From NCBI GenBank assembly GCA_034780895.1, contig JAUZTB010000107.1, positions 84,054,210 to 84,117,739 of the forward strand: a stretch of DNA of 63,530 bases. Reading direction: 5' to 3'. The stretch is from Rhynchobatus australiae (lineage: Eukaryota). A program made the position numbers and the translations under genes. Below the pieces are notes generated by a model. It ran no database searches. It was not told the origin of the DNA and saw only the letters and a list, made by a program, of their open reading frames with translations. Below, piece by piece: positions 12,516-25,815 of the stretch (position 1 is its first letter; each line of letters begins with the position of its first letter).

Positions 12516-12849
12516 GAGCTCAGAAGAGTTTGGAACTTTCATCAGAGCTCTAAACTTAAGGAAGCAAGTCTTAAGCTCACATCACAATACATCCAGAACT
12601 CTTCCAGCAAGGAATGTGTACATGCTACAATGTTGGGAGGTAGATGGCAGAGTTCNNNNNNNNNNNTGTGCACAGGAGGCAACTTCCTTCTGCAGAGGGG
12701 ACTTTTGACAGGAAATAGTCAGAGAAGTAAGTGTCTGTAGGGTGTGCATGCCCTCAATGAATACCTGCACTTTGGGCAACCCTTCATTGCACTTTAATGC
12801 CTCTTCCAAGTGTGAATGCAAAGATTATATTGATCAATTTTTTAAAAAT

Positions 12850-13128
12850 TTACAGCATGGTAACAGGCCCTTCCGACCCAACGAGTCCACACCGCCCATT
12901 TTNNNNNNNNNNNNNNNNNNNNNNNNNNNNNNNNNNNNNNNNNNNNNNNNNNNNNNNNNNNNNNNNNNNNNNNNNNNNNNNNNNNNNNNNNNNNNNNNNN
13001 NNCACCCGGAGGAAACCCACGCAGACACGGGAGAACGTACAAACTCCTTACAGGCAGTGGCGGGAATCGAACCTGGGTCACTGGTGCTGTAATAACGTCG
13101 TGCTAACCACTACGCTACCATGCCACCC
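12850..13128 (-). mobile_element. HE1-like V-SINE with CR1-derived tail, spans a gap
   Basis: The reverse strand reads GGGTGGCATGGTAGCGTAGTGGTTAGC (A box), GGTTCGATTCCC (B box) and GAGTTTGTACGTTCTCCC..GGGTTTCCTCCGGGTG (V domain). The tail contains the CR1-like GGGTCGGAAGGGCCTGTT. Confidence 0.85.
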
Positions 13129-14984
13129 AAGGTTAAGCTTTTCTTGACTTCTGCAATGTAGCAGGGAGCAGTCAAGTGCTATCAGTGGTATATCTCAGCA
13201 GAGGCAGCCTGCAAGATGTCTGAAAGTGAAGGTGACCCTGAGTTTGATTTTGAGAGCAGTACAGGCCCTGTGTGCGCTTGTACAAATGTGAATGAGGTCT
13301 ACCTTGTGGAAGGCTTGTCTGGATAGACTTTGCTCTCACAGGAAGTGTTGATTAGAGGGTGCCTCCAAATGAAGTCTGGGTAGAGAAAGTTTTGACCAAT
13401 GTCTTTCTCCTGCTTTCTACTCTTTTCTCATTTGATGAACATGGAACCATTTGTCTTTTTGCAGTTTTACTTCTGGCATTTCTGGCCACTTGGTTTTCAG
13501 AATGACCCTGTTAAACCCACTTGGGACTTTTCTGGTTGTGATCTCCGTATGAGTCAGTCTACTTGAGAATTATATTGCAGAAAATTGCATAACACTCTGC
13601 CTATGACTGCAGGAGGGATCTATTTGACCCTTTAAATGACATTCAGTTTACACCTTTTGCATTATTAAAATGTTGTTCTTCTGTGAGTGAACAGCTCCAG
13701 TCACTATTAAGACCAAGGTGGTGCAAAATCTTTCACAAATGGATATTGGGCATTACATTACAAGTGCTGTCATTAGGGCAAGCTGAATGTCAGAAAATCA
13801 AAGCTGAGGTACAGGAAAATCTTGCCCACCCAATATTAATAATTAGCATTAATTCTCTCAGAAATGCATGCAAGATTGATTAAAAACACATTAATACAAT
13901 TTTCATCCACTCAAAACTTTTTTTCTGGCTTAATGCAGACCTGTTTCTGGGTCTATATTTTTTAATTCCAGGTATAATGTAATAATTAGTCATTGACTAC
14001 TCAATGGGGCATCATTTCTACCATGGATGTAGTGTCCTGAATTATGTGTTCCAGTCTTTGAGGTGAGCATTGAACCATGCTCTACAAACCCATTGGCAAA
14101 AGTACTATGTGTATTCCCACTGTTGACACACAATTATGAATATCAAAATCATTGATTAGAAAATCCCAAGGATAAAAGTGATTTTTCTTGGAAAACTTCC
14201 TGTTGTGCAGTCAAAGCATACCTTTTCCCAGAGTTATAATGGAAAAGAGGGAGAATCTCTGAGAAAATTGTCCATGGTGTCAGTTTAATGAAGCCAAATC
14301 CTTGATATTGGTGTTAATACCATGATGTTAACCATAATTAGTATGTTTGTTAATGTGTTTTATTGCTATCATTCCAATGCTTAATTTACTTGTTTTAGAA
14401 ATCACAAAATTTTGATCAATTTGAACCTTTAAGACAATTTTATTCCATAATTTTAGTTCAATAATTTAAAATCTGTGTTTCTAAGTTTTTCTATTTGTGA
14501 TCAATACTTTTACAAATCTATGATATAAAATTGAAGAATGTATTCGTCTAAAACTGCATCTCTTTTTCCCAGCATTGCCAACTGTGGACATAAAATCATT
14601 CCATGCAAACTTTGGTTGTTTCTTCAAAAAAATGAGGTCCCCATCAGGATCCAGATAGCATGTTGTTTAATTCATGTCATAAATGTGTACACAAATAAAA
14701 CTGAGAGGGTTTGATTTCTTCTAAATGTATTATTCTCATCTGTTTCAGTTATTTTAAAAGGATGACGTCCCTTTCCTTGGCTCCTTTGGCAGATGTGAAC
14801 TGAGATATGTAGCAGAAAAGCCAGATATTATTTATTCCCTACCATTCATGTGACCAAGAAATCTGACTATAATTCTGTTGTTGTTTCACAGTGTATATGG
14901 CTCCAATTCTGGTATTTACAGAATTATTGCAACAGAATTACAAGATGCAAAAGGCTCACATAACAGACTGGAGCTGAGTGTCGT

Positions 14985-15392
14985 AAACACACTTATAGCA
15001 CTTTTGCCAATGAGTCTGTAGCACATAGTTCAATACCCACCTCAAAGACTTGAACAATAATTCAAGATGACACAGCAATGCTGCATTCTTGAAGGTGTTA
15101 GCTTTCAGATGAAGTACTGACTGAGACCCTTTCTGATGGATGTATAATATCCCATCCCACAGGAATATTCAAAGGATGGGTAATGGAATTCTGGCCAATG
15201 CTTATCCTTCAACCAACACAAAGAGAAAATATTATCTGGTAATAAATGCTGTTTGAGGGAGTTTGCTTGTGTAAATTGAATGCAGAATTTGCTAAATTAC
15301 AACAATAAACCTATGTCAAATATATTTAAGTATTTGGAAAGCTCCTTGGGATAATCTGAAGTCATCAAAGGTATCACAGAAATACAAATCTT
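14985..15392 (+). mobile_element. DeuSINE/SacSINE-like SINE, near full length, degraded
   Basis: Has a tRNA-like head (GTTCAATACCCAC), a central CTTTCAGATGA..GATGGATGTA..ATCCCAT..CTGGCCAAT..TATCCTTCAACCAACA segment and an L2-like tail. Confidence 0.65.
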
Positions 15393-16889
15393 GTTTTCCA
15401 ATGTAACCTCATCCTGATGAGAAGAAAATATACATAAGAAGTGAAGGAGAAAAAAAAGGTCAATTTCATTAACCATTTATCCAAACAATGGAAATTAGTA
15501 GATCATTGGCCAGCTTAAATTGTTGAGATTGTATTTTAATGAGAAATATTATATGTGCATGCACTCACACATGTCAAAGATAACTCTTTGATAAATAATG
15601 GTAAATTATCTGCAGAAAATCATCCACATGTTAGTCATGTTTATATTTTGTTTTCTTCTGTCATTAGTTATTGCATTCCCCACTTTATCCTGATCGCTAG
15701 TTTCCACTTGTCATTCGCAGGAATGAGTCCTCATTGATATGGCTTAATTGAATCACCTTAGTGGCATATTTAATTTGTTACCATGCCAGCACTTTCACCC
15801 ACTGAGTTACCATGTTATTATTCAGAAGTTACACATGATTCATTTTTGGTTGTATGTTGCATGTTAAGATAATTTTGATAAGGTAACTGCATTATTAAAC
15901 CATTATAATCAATGATATCACTATAGTAGGAATAGTTGGCAGGACAATTCGTTTAATATAAATGGGTTGAAAAAGAATTGATAAAATCAACATTCTGAAT
16001 GATGAGTAAATTGCATTTATGTAGCCACTTAACACAGTAAATATTTAAAGACCCTTCACTGGTACATTGAAAGAATTTATCAGTACGGGTCCAGTTTTTT
16101 TTCCTTAAAATGACAAATAATCACTCTAATTAAATCTGACTCATCCATAGCTGGCATTTTCATAATAATCCTTTGTGTTGATCTCAATTTTAACAACAGA
16201 GAACTCTGATTTCTCCTAGTCATTGAATATACAGTAACACTAATAATTCATTCAACACTCAGCTCAAGATAATCCTACACTACGCTTTACATTGCAAATT
16301 CTATAACTAATTTATAATTATATAGAGAAAAGGACAAAGGGTTCATTGGTGAGTCATCCATTAAGCACCCTTTTGGTAATTAGTTAATAACATCATTGTG
16401 AACACAAAGTATTAGTGTTATGCCTTGGGGCAGCTTTACATAATTAATTAACTACCCCTGAGTGTTATAACAATACATTACACAATAATGTCATGTCAGC
16501 GTTACCACATACAATGTGAGTCTGTGGTTTTCCTAATTCTGAACAATTCTGCATCACATTCTTGCAATAAATGCAACAATGTAATGTGTTACCATGGGTA
16601 GCTTTCAAAGTTTTCTGACCCCCACAGCTATCCTTATGAGTTAGTGTCCTGGAATTTCTCCTTATGATGTGTTTCACTAAGTTAAGCTGAACTGACACAG
16701 AAGCCCCCATGCTGGGACTTTTATTACTTTCCATTTTCTCTCCACATGCAGAGACTTCATGGAACTTTCCACAGCTGTTTGGGTTTATCAGAATTTTGTT
16801 TAATTAATAATGTCAGACCTCCAAATGATTATATTCCATTGGGTGCTTTCTCATATTGGTCAGTATAGACACAAATCAATTTTGGAATA

Positions 16890-17340
16890 TTTTATTCATT
16901 TACAAGGTGGTGTCCCTCACAAACCAAGGATATATCACTGATCACTAATTCCATGAGAAGGCGATGGTTCGATATTTCTTGCACTGTTGGATTGCTTGCA
17001 GTGAAAGATTATCCACAGTATTGTTGGATAGGGAGTTTCAGAATTTAGGGCAAGCAACATTGAAGTAATTGTCATATATTTCCAGTGCAGGCTAAGCTGT
17101 GACATGGAGGTGAACTTGTAGATGGTGAAATATTTCTGACAAAGGATTTTGGATCTGACATATTAATTTTCCAGATGGTGCCCAGCCTACTGAGTGTATC
17201 CAAGGTTTTCTGTATTTTGTATTTCATTCATCTGCAGATTTTTTTAAACTTTCATTGAGTGACAAGTGTCTGGTCAGTTCATCCAATTTCTCGTCATTGG
17301 CAAATCCCAGATTACTGATGGTGAAGGTTTCAATTAAACC
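16890..17340 (-). mobile_element. LINE (CR1/L2-group) 3' fragment, degraded, with a short repeat inserted at about 17140-17250
   Basis: Antiparallel similarity to 37030-37555 and parallel similarity to 43070-43290. Confidence 0.5.
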
Positions 17341-17877
17341 AAATTAATATTTATATTTACTTGTATATATTGTCCCAGATGAAAAGACATTTGCCTAGAA
17401 ATTAGGTTGCATAGCTGTATTAAAAATAGACTGAATGAAATACCATAACAAGTATTTCCATGTAATTTTGTGTCACTCCAGAAACTGGGCACTTCCTGAC
17501 ATGTCCGTTGTAATTGACACTATTTCTATGTCAAATACTCATTAAATTGAGTTATCTGGAGTTGATCATTTTCAAGACAACCACCGTCTAGAAATTAGAG
17601 TTCACCNNNNNNNNNNNNNNNNNNNNNNNNNNNNNNNNNNNNNNNNNNNNNNNNNNNNNNNNNNNNNNNNNNNNNNNNNNNNNNNNNNNNNNNNNNNNNN
17701 NNNNNNNNNNNNNNNNNNNNNNNNNNNNNNNNNNNNNNNNNNNNNNNNNNNNNNNNNNNNNNNNNNNNNNNNNNNNNNNNNNNNNNNNNNNNNNNNNNNN
17801 NNNNNNNNNNNNNNNNNNNNNNNNNNNNGACAAATATAGGAACTGCAGACTCTTCCACAGATGGGATGCTTTGGAGC

Positions 17878-18130
17878 CTTTTTTGCATCCTCCGTACAGC
17901 TCATGTTCCCCAGCCAGCTTTGTGCCATCTACAAGCTTGGAAATGTTACATTTAGTTCCCTCATCCAAATCATTGATATATATTGTGAATAGCTGAGGCC
18001 TAGTTACTGATTCCCATGACACCCTGTTACTCAGGAAAACACATGCTTATTCCTGCTCTCTCTTTCCTGTCTGTTGACCAATTCTCGATCCATGTCAGTA
18101 TATTAGCCCCAATCCCACATGCTTTAATGT
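17878..18130 (-). mobile_element. CR1-type LINE RT fragment
   Basis: PQLFTIYINDLDEGTKCNISKLVDGTKLAG corresponds to the CR1 RT motif (PQLFTIYINDLD.G..C.ISKFADDTKLGG) with a decayed FADD. Confidence 0.9.
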
Positions 18131-19446
18131 TCAGTGACATCCCTCCAGTTGTTTAGAGTCCCCTTGACATTGTGGACCAGCCCAGTAGCCTCCTGTCCTA
18201 TACAAGCCTTTGCGAGCTGCAGGGTGTTCAATGGGCCAGTGAATGCAGCATGCAGGTTATAAGCAAATGTTAAATTCGAGGATTTAACTCTGCTCAAGTA
18301 TAGAATAAAAACCTGGCCCAGCCTCACCCAAAGCCAACTTTACCCTAACCCAACCCATCCATGGCCAATATGAACCAAAGCCAAGCCCATGGACATTTAT
18401 TTGACCCAAACCTAATAGATGGAGTTNNNNNNNNNNNNNNNNNNNNNNNNGGAAGCCGGTGATAGACTTGTTGCTGCCTGTTATGTGGGACAACGCCTCT
18501 CTGCCCAGCTCCGGGTCATCACCCTCCCCATCAGCAGTCAGAGCACAGACTGATGCCAGGCTCAGAGTGGCTGAGGCTAGTCTTCCCCAGAGCTGCTGAA
18601 GCAGAGCTCCGTGGTGCAGAAGATGCCTACCTGTGCCAAGAGCTCTGGCCCCTAGCATTCTGCCAATGCCACTCTTCAATGCCAAGTGATCATTCTTCCT
18701 AAAGTCACCTGGCAGGGGAAAGCAGATAGGAGATCTGCAATCCTGCAAGGAGGCACCTTTCAGAGGTCCCTAATCTCTAGCAGCTCTGATTTAGCTCTGA
18801 TGTTACCAGTGGAGGATCTGTGAGGAATCGTTCTCTGAGTTTGCACCACTGCCTTGCACAGACCAGCCTCCCATCAATATGATGGCCTAGAGCTTCCAGT
18901 TTCTCGCTCATCACTGGGATGGTCTGGCGGTTGCCACCCAGCCCCATGCATCCCACCCTGTATGCCCTGTGAATGGCATTGAATTTGCCATTCAGGGCTG
19001 CTTGCTGGCCCTGTTGACCAATAGGCTGAAGGGAAGTTGCATGGATGTGGAACCTGTACTTGTACCAAGTTGCACTGCCCAGGATCTTCTCGGTCCATTG
19101 AGACTGAGAGTGTGGGCAGCAGCCAAACAGTTCAATTCAAGCTTTGTCATTCACTTTTTCACAAGCCAGTCTCCCAACAACATCATGGCCCAGAGCATCC
19201 AGTGACTTGCTCGTCATTCAGAGTCTCTTTCACATCAGTTCTTCTTGGACTGAAATCAAATGGCAGTGAGTTATACATTTAAATATAGAGCTAGCTCAGT
19301 CCCATCCAACTTGAGTCAAGGACCTATAATTGTTTTTGTACCTAATGAAAGGCAGACCCAACATATTGAGTCAGGTCCAGTTGGGCTAGGTTAAGTTAGC
19401 CAGGCTCTAATCATGCAGGACAGTGTAGAATCTTTAATGACCATCT

Positions 19447-19722
19447 CGTGCGCAGTTACGGTAGTGTAACAGTTTATAGCACCAGTGACCCAGGCTTAAA
19501 TTCAGCCACTGTCTGTAAGGAGTTTGTATGTTCTCCCCGTGTCTGTGTGGGTTTCTTCCAGGTGCTCTGGTTTCCTCCCACATTCCAAAGACATACGGGT
19601 TAGGAAGTTGTGGGCATTCTATGTTGGCACCGGAAGTGTGGCGACACTTGTGGGCTGCCCCCAGAACACTACACAAAAAAGATGTATTTCACTGTGTGTT
19701 TCAATGTACATGTGACTAATAA
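19447..19722 (+). mobile_element. tRNA-derived V-SINE (HE1-like head and V domain) with non-CR1 tail
   Basis: The V domain GAGTTTGTATGTTCTCCCCGTGTCTGTGTGGGTTTCTTCCAGGTGCTCTGGTTTCCTCCCACATTCCAAAGAC is intact. The head resembles that of 13003-13128. Confidence 0.9.
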
Positions 19723-20507
19723 TGAAGTATGCTGAACCATATACAAAGTGCTCCTGGTTTCTTGCAAGTTAACAGCAAAGGCTGAAGATTTCCCCAAAAA
19801 CTCCAATTCCTACAATGTTATTAGTAACATAACTGACACCTGGAAAACATCAAACATAATGAGGTGACTTTACACCAGGCCAATTTCCTAATGGCGACTA
19901 ATCAATTTGGAGAGGATCACCAGTGCAATCCAACATGCACTAACAACTCTTACAGGTCATTGCACAAAACTAGTGCGCTAGTGGATACAGTTTTAAGGCA
20001 CAGATCTTGCAACACAGTGTCCAATGTGGACACCATTAAGTTAACTCCTTCTATCCTTTGGCCACGTTCTCCGTCTCTCCCCCCACCACCCCTCAGCTGA
20101 TACAGGCTCCAATTCCCACAATCTACCAGTTGATCTCTACCCACTTGACAACCCCATCTACCCCGACACTTAGATTGATCTAGAGACACTCCACTCTGCC
20201 CAGCTCTCTGATTGGCTCAATTACCCTTCTATTTCTCCCCCCACACTCTCATCTCACCATAGTCACCTTACAGCCTCTGACCCTCGATTGATAGCTGTCC
20301 CGACCTTCCTCCTACCACCCCCTACCACTCCTACCTCCTTCCTCACCCTCCAGATTATTGGTTCCTACAAACCTATTGGAGCATGAACATTATGGAGTCA
20401 CTATTATTACTTAACCAGTGAGAGAACATCCTGAATAACTGAAACGGTCAATATTGTTCCATCCAATCACTCAAAGCCTGAATAGTATGAGTAAAAACCT
20501 ACACACG

Positions 20508-21035
20508 TGGGAAACAGAGGCAAGAGTGGGCCATTCAGCCCCTCATACTTGCTCCATCATTCAAAATGATCATGGCTAATCTTTTACCTCAACACCTGGT
20601 GCAAACTCCAGATGCCTTTTTACCCTTAATATCTATAGATATGTCGATTTTTGTCTTGAATAAGCCCAGCAACTGAGTCTCTTTAGCTCTCTTGGGTAAA
20701 GAACTCCAAAGATTCATGACACTCTGATGAAGAAATTTCCTCCCATCTTAGTCTTGAATAGCCAATCGCTTACTTTGAGACTGTAACTCTTGGTTTTAGC
20801 CATCCCAGATATGAGAAACGTAGTCCCCACATCTATCATGTAGATTTCTCTATGAATTTTGTATGCTTCAACGAGGTCACCTTTCATTCCTCAAGTCTCC
20901 AGAGAGTAATGGCCCAATCTTCTTAATCTCTCCTCATAGGATGGTCCCACCATTCCAGAAATCGGTCTGGTGAACTTTCACATATATATCTTTTCTAAAG
21001 TAGGGGGACCAAACCTGTACACAATATTCCATATC
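20508..21035 (-). mobile_element. CR1-type LINE 3' fragment
   Basis: GAAACAGAGGCAAGAGTGGGCCATTCAGCCC...GAAGAAATTTCCTCCCATCT...GACCAAACCTGTACACAATATTCCA; the last part is the reverse complement of LEYCVQ.W. Confidence 0.85.
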
Positions 21036-21516
21036 TCTGTAGTAATTTAATTGAAGTAAGATAGGAGACATTGACTTTTCTCAATGCCTGTGCTCCCTGG
21101 ATGTAAACACGGGTTCCTGCAGCTGCCACTCACTCCAGGGTGCTCTGGATTGTTCACAAGCCCTCTCTAATGTTGTTACAAAGGAAGTACCGGCCTTTGA
21201 TAATGTGCAGCAGATGGCAGAGCTGCTAGCAGGGAGGTTTTTCAGTGCCTTCACATCAGTTGTTTGTTCTATCCTGCTTTTTATAACTAGACAACTGAAA
21301 TCATTTATATTATCTCCATCCAAGAGCTTACATCTCCGCAAGCTCTACTCAAAGCATCCTTTTTCCAATTATACCACCTGTTTTCTGGCCTCCTTGTGTA
21401 CTGTGCAACTAGTACTCATTCCTCATCTGAACCATCTCTGCAATTTGCCCACTGCATTCATCCTTCCACGAGTGTCAGTGAGACAAAGGACTGCAGATGC
21501 TGGAATCTAGATGAAA

Positions 21517-22627
21517 AACATCTAGTGCTTTTCATCACATACAGTGTAAGTGAGAAGGTGTATAACAAGGTGAAGAACTTTATGGCTGGTTATCTCTATT
21601 GGTGAATATCTTGCAAGTGAGCCAGTTTCTTTTTCTACCGCTTCGTCTACATTTGTAACACTCACTGGAGGAAAAGTACAGAGATATGCAATAAATTACC
21701 ACCAGTTAGTAAAAGATAGACTATTTTAGTTATTCTGAATAGGCAAAATGTTAATATTCACAAAACATCTGCAGATGGAAGACCTCACATCATCTTCCCT
21801 TCGAAGAATGATGGGCAATATCTAACAATTCATCCCACAGATTCTGCTCAACCAGTTGAGTTCCTCCAGCTTGTNNNNNNNNNNNNNNNNNNNNNNNNNN
21901 NNNNNNNNNNNNNNNNNNNNNNNNNNNNNNNNNNNNNNNNNNNNNNNNNNNNNNNNNNNNNNNNNNNNNNNNNNNNNNNNNNNNNNNNNNNNNNNNNNNN
22001 NNNNNNNNNNNNNNNNNNNNNNNNNNNNNNNNNNNNNNNNNNNNNNNNNNNNNNNNNNNNNNNNNNNNNNNNNNNNNNNNNNNNNNNNNNNNNNNNNNNN
22101 NNNNNNNNNNNNNNNNNNNNNNNNNNNNNNNNNNNNNNNNNNNNNNNNNNNNNNNNNNNNNNNNNNNNNNNNNNNNNNNNNNNNNNNNNNNNNNNNNNNN
22201 NNNNNNNNNNNNNNNNNNNNNNNNNNNNNNNNNNNNNNNNNNNNNNNNNNNNNNNNNNNNNNNNNNNNNNNNNNNNNNNNNNNNNNNNNNNNNNNNNNNN
22301 NNNNNNNNNNNNNNNNNNNNNNNNNNNNNNNNNNNNNNNNNNNNNNNNNNNNNNNNNNNNNNNNNNNNNNNNNNNNNNNNNNNNNNNNNNNNNNNNNNNN
22401 NNNNNNNNNNNNNNNNNNNNNNNNNNNNNNNNNNNNNNNNNNNNNNNNNNNNNNNNNNNNNNNNNNNNNNNNNNNNNNNNNNNNNNNNNNNNNNNNNNNN
22501 NNNNNNNNNNNNNNNNNNNNNNNNNNNNNNNNNNNNNNNNNNNNNNNNNNATAACCAGCCATAAAGTTCTTCACCTTGTTATACACCTTCTCACTTACAC
22601 TGTATGTGATGAAAAGCACTAGATGTT
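21517..22627. repeat. 77-bp perfect inverted duplication around a 676-N gap (probable mis-oriented segment)
   Basis: 21517-21593 is the exact reverse complement of 22551-22627. Confidence 0.9.
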
Positions 22628-23114
22628 ATAAAAATGTGAACTTTTATGTTTATTGGATACATAGTAACATAAAAAGTAGAAGCAGGAGTAAGCCCTTTAG
22701 TCTCTCAGGGCTTCTCCACCATTCAATAAGATTGTGGATGATTTTTATCTCAAAATCATTTCCTTCGATTCCTTGCTCTCTCGACATCTGTCAATGCAGT
22801 TGAAGCTTCTCTTGTATTTTTGCTTGCTAGTTCTGCTCTAAGAACCATTCAGTACTATATTGGGAAACTTGTTCTCAGAACAACTTCAAAGTTCAAAGTC
22901 CTGTCTGATAAATATTCTGCACTTCTCAATATAAACAGTGACATTCAGGATTGGCAGATAATCCACCAATGCCAAGTTTGTGGCATGGGATTTAGAACTT
23001 GACTGCATAAATATCTTTGCAAGATACTCCAGAGTAGCTAGATAAATTCACAACCAGGATTAAGAGAAAACCCATCAGATTGTGCAGTCATACAGTATGC
23101 TCAGAATGTAAACA

Positions 23115-23360
23115 GGGACTGGCCATGACTGCCCAAAGTGGAGAAGGAGCATTTAGGATCTTGTTGAGAACCTTGAGCATGTAGAGGCTCTGCAAAAGTG
23201 TTGGAGGGAGTGCACCACTTCACTAACCATCCGCCCACCCACTCTATCTGCTACGTCCTGCCCCACCTGTGGAAGAGTCTGCGATTCCTCATTGGTCACC
23301 TCAGGACCCACAAAACCGGAGTGGAAATTAGTCACACTTGATCTACTGCAGCTGCATAAG
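23115..23360 (+). mobile_element. RTE-type (BovB-like) LINE 3' end
   Basis: Encodes CPTCGRVC and, after a frameshift, HLRTHK: the C-terminal C2H2-like motif of RTE ORF2. Confidence 0.7.
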
Positions 23361-23507
23361 AAGAAAAGTTAAATAATTCTGGCACAGTGAATCATTCATT
23401 GAGATTTACGTTTTGTGGTACTGCGTGGGATAGCAGTGGAGATCCAATGAATGCCAGTGTTATATACTATTCCAAAAATAGCATATAAATATTAAAAAAG
23501 CAGAATC

Positions 23508-23725
23508 AGAATCCTTCACGCAGAGAGTGGTGAGTTCCTGGAATGCACTGCCTGAGAGAGTGTTGGAAGCAGAGTTGTTGACAGCATTTAAGAAGTGCCT
23601 AAACGAACACTTGACTCACCGAGGTACGAGGCTCTGGGCCAAGTGCTGGAAGATGAGGTTAATACTGATATGATAGTGACCACTGGTCGAAGTGAGTGTG
23701 CTGGGATGAATGTCCTGTTTCCATA
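23508..23725 (+). mobile_element. CR1-type LINE 3' end
   Basis: Encodes FTQRVVSSWNALPERVLEAELLTAFKKCLNEHL. Confidence 0.85.
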
Positions 23726-25246
23726 ACAAATCTTGTCCATTAAATTCACTACAAAAATACAGTCTCGATTAGACATGTTTGAGACTGTATTTTTATAGTG
23801 AATTTAAGATAAGTATAGGTGGAAGCTACTCAGGGATTCAGAAAAAATGCAGTTCTCTCCCCATGTACCAAATTGTATTCTGTTCCTACTTGAGTGGGCA
23901 GTGTTAACTCTATCTCCACTGATCGGCAAAGCCTGCCATCTTCAGGGCCTCCCCCGATTACTGATCACCCTCCAGGTACCTCACCCCCTTCCCATCCCAG
24001 CCTGGTGCCTAGCCCAGAACCCCTGGATCTCTCCCAGAAAACTTCAGGAGAATCCTTAGCCACCTGCCTGCTGCTACCTGCTAATGGTAGATTGCAGTTT
24101 GTTGATCATCTATGGGAGGGTTTGTGAGTCTCACCCCATCATTTCCCAATCAATGGAGACAGATTCATTCTGCAGGGGCATCAAGAGTGTTTTCAAACCA
24201 GGGCTACAGGCCTCACATAGCCAATCAGCATACTGCTACATTCACTTCAAAACATTTTTAAGTGAATTCACCAGATGTAAATTGTATGGGTGTGGCCACA
24301 ATAAAATCCAAATAGGAGGAATGCCCACTTTAAGAATTCGGTCTCTGCATGGTCCCTGTGTGAAATGTCATCCCTTTTTCAAACAGTGATACCATTTTGT
24401 TGCAGCCACTGTAAAAACTCTATTATAACATCCAGAAATATTGGACTGAGCTCAATGTCTGAAATAAAAAGGATCAAAGTATAGGCCTACCACAATCTAT
24501 CTAACCTGCTTTCCTGCTATAAACCAGTTTCTTTTATAGTGCTTATCTGGAAGTTCTTCTCAGTATATGAGTGGCTTGAGTGATTTAGTGGTTGAAGTGT
24601 TACCAATTTCCTCCAATTCACACACTGATAATCATCTTTCCATTGTAAAATAACTTAATTATGGGCCCTGAAACCTGCGATCAGTCATGTCATTTTGGAG
24701 CTCAGACATACTTATCTTCATTGTTTAAGCACTCTGTTTGCTTGGGATTCTGGAAAGTTGATGATTCAACACTGTGTCTGGAGATGAAAACCTTAAAGGC
24801 ATTTTAGCTTGTACGTGAGCCACACTATTTACAGGTTTTGAACTTAATGATTTACCTCATTGTTACTGAAATGAACAATTGACTTAAATAAAAAGTTACC
24901 TGAACCAAGTCTTCCTTTTTTAATTAAATCATTTTAAATATTAATTTATTAATTTAGAATAACCAAATCTTGATAACTTTGTTGCTTTTGCTATCAAAAG
25001 AATGTATCGATGATCTGGAACTTTCACACACTGAGTATCTGCAATTTAACCTGAACGCTTTTGGATGTTTTGACACTTGACTCAGACATAGTCAAGGATT
25101 GGGATTACTAGCCAATTAAACTCCTGAGCACAGCCTCAAAATCAATTCCTCTGTTCATTCCAATAATCGGGCTTCATCAGATCATTAAATAAATTGTGGA
25201 GCTCATAAGGTCTGTACCTCCTGGATAATGCTAATTAGACCTAGGA

Positions 25247-25815
25247 AGTGTAAAACACAATGATGCTGGAGGAACTCAGCAGACCAGGCAGCATCCGTGG
25301 AGAAAAGCAGGCGGTCAACATCTCGGGCCAGGACCTTTCTTTCAGACTGGAAAAGGGGAAGCCCAATATATAGGAGGGAAAAGCAGAGCAGTGATAGGTG
25401 GACAAAAGAGGGGAGGCAGGGTGGGNNNNNNNNNNNNNNNNNNNNNNNNNNNNNNNNNNNNNNNNNNNNNNNNNNNNNNNNNNNNNNNNNNNNNNNNNNN
25501 NNNNNNNNNNNNNNNNNNNNNNNNNNNNNNNNNNNNNNNNNNNNNNNNNNNNNNNNNNNNNNNNNNNNNNNNNNNNNNNNNNNNGAAGCGACGCTGCTGG
25601 GTGGCGGGGGGGGGGAAGGTTGTGAGGAAGGGGAGAAGGGATTACTTAAAGTGGGAGAATTCAATGTTCATGCCGTTAGGCTGCAAGGTTCTAAAATGGA
25701 AAGTGAGGTGCTGTTCCTCCAGTTTGCACCTGGAATTCTCCTGGCAGTGGAGGAGGCCGAGGACTGACGTATCTGCGATAGTGTGGGAGGGGGAGTTGAA
25801 GTAGTTAGTGAGCTG
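25247..25815 (-). mobile_element. Penelope-like element, endonuclease C-terminus plus terminal repeat, spans a gap
   Basis: The minus ORF ends CKLEEQHLTFHFRTLQPNGMNIEFSHFK*, typical of the GIY-YIG C-terminus of fish Penelope-like elements. The characteristic terminal motif lies at 25255-25350. Confidence 0.8.

Noticed and set aside
13003-13128. tRNA gene
   Set aside because: The A/B boxes belong to a SINE head that runs straight into the V domain. No complete cloverleaf is evident. The same applies at 19447 and 38898.
13200-13330. Tx1 ORF1-like motif KVKVTL
   Set aside because: A single six-residue match with no flanking similarity; most likely chance.
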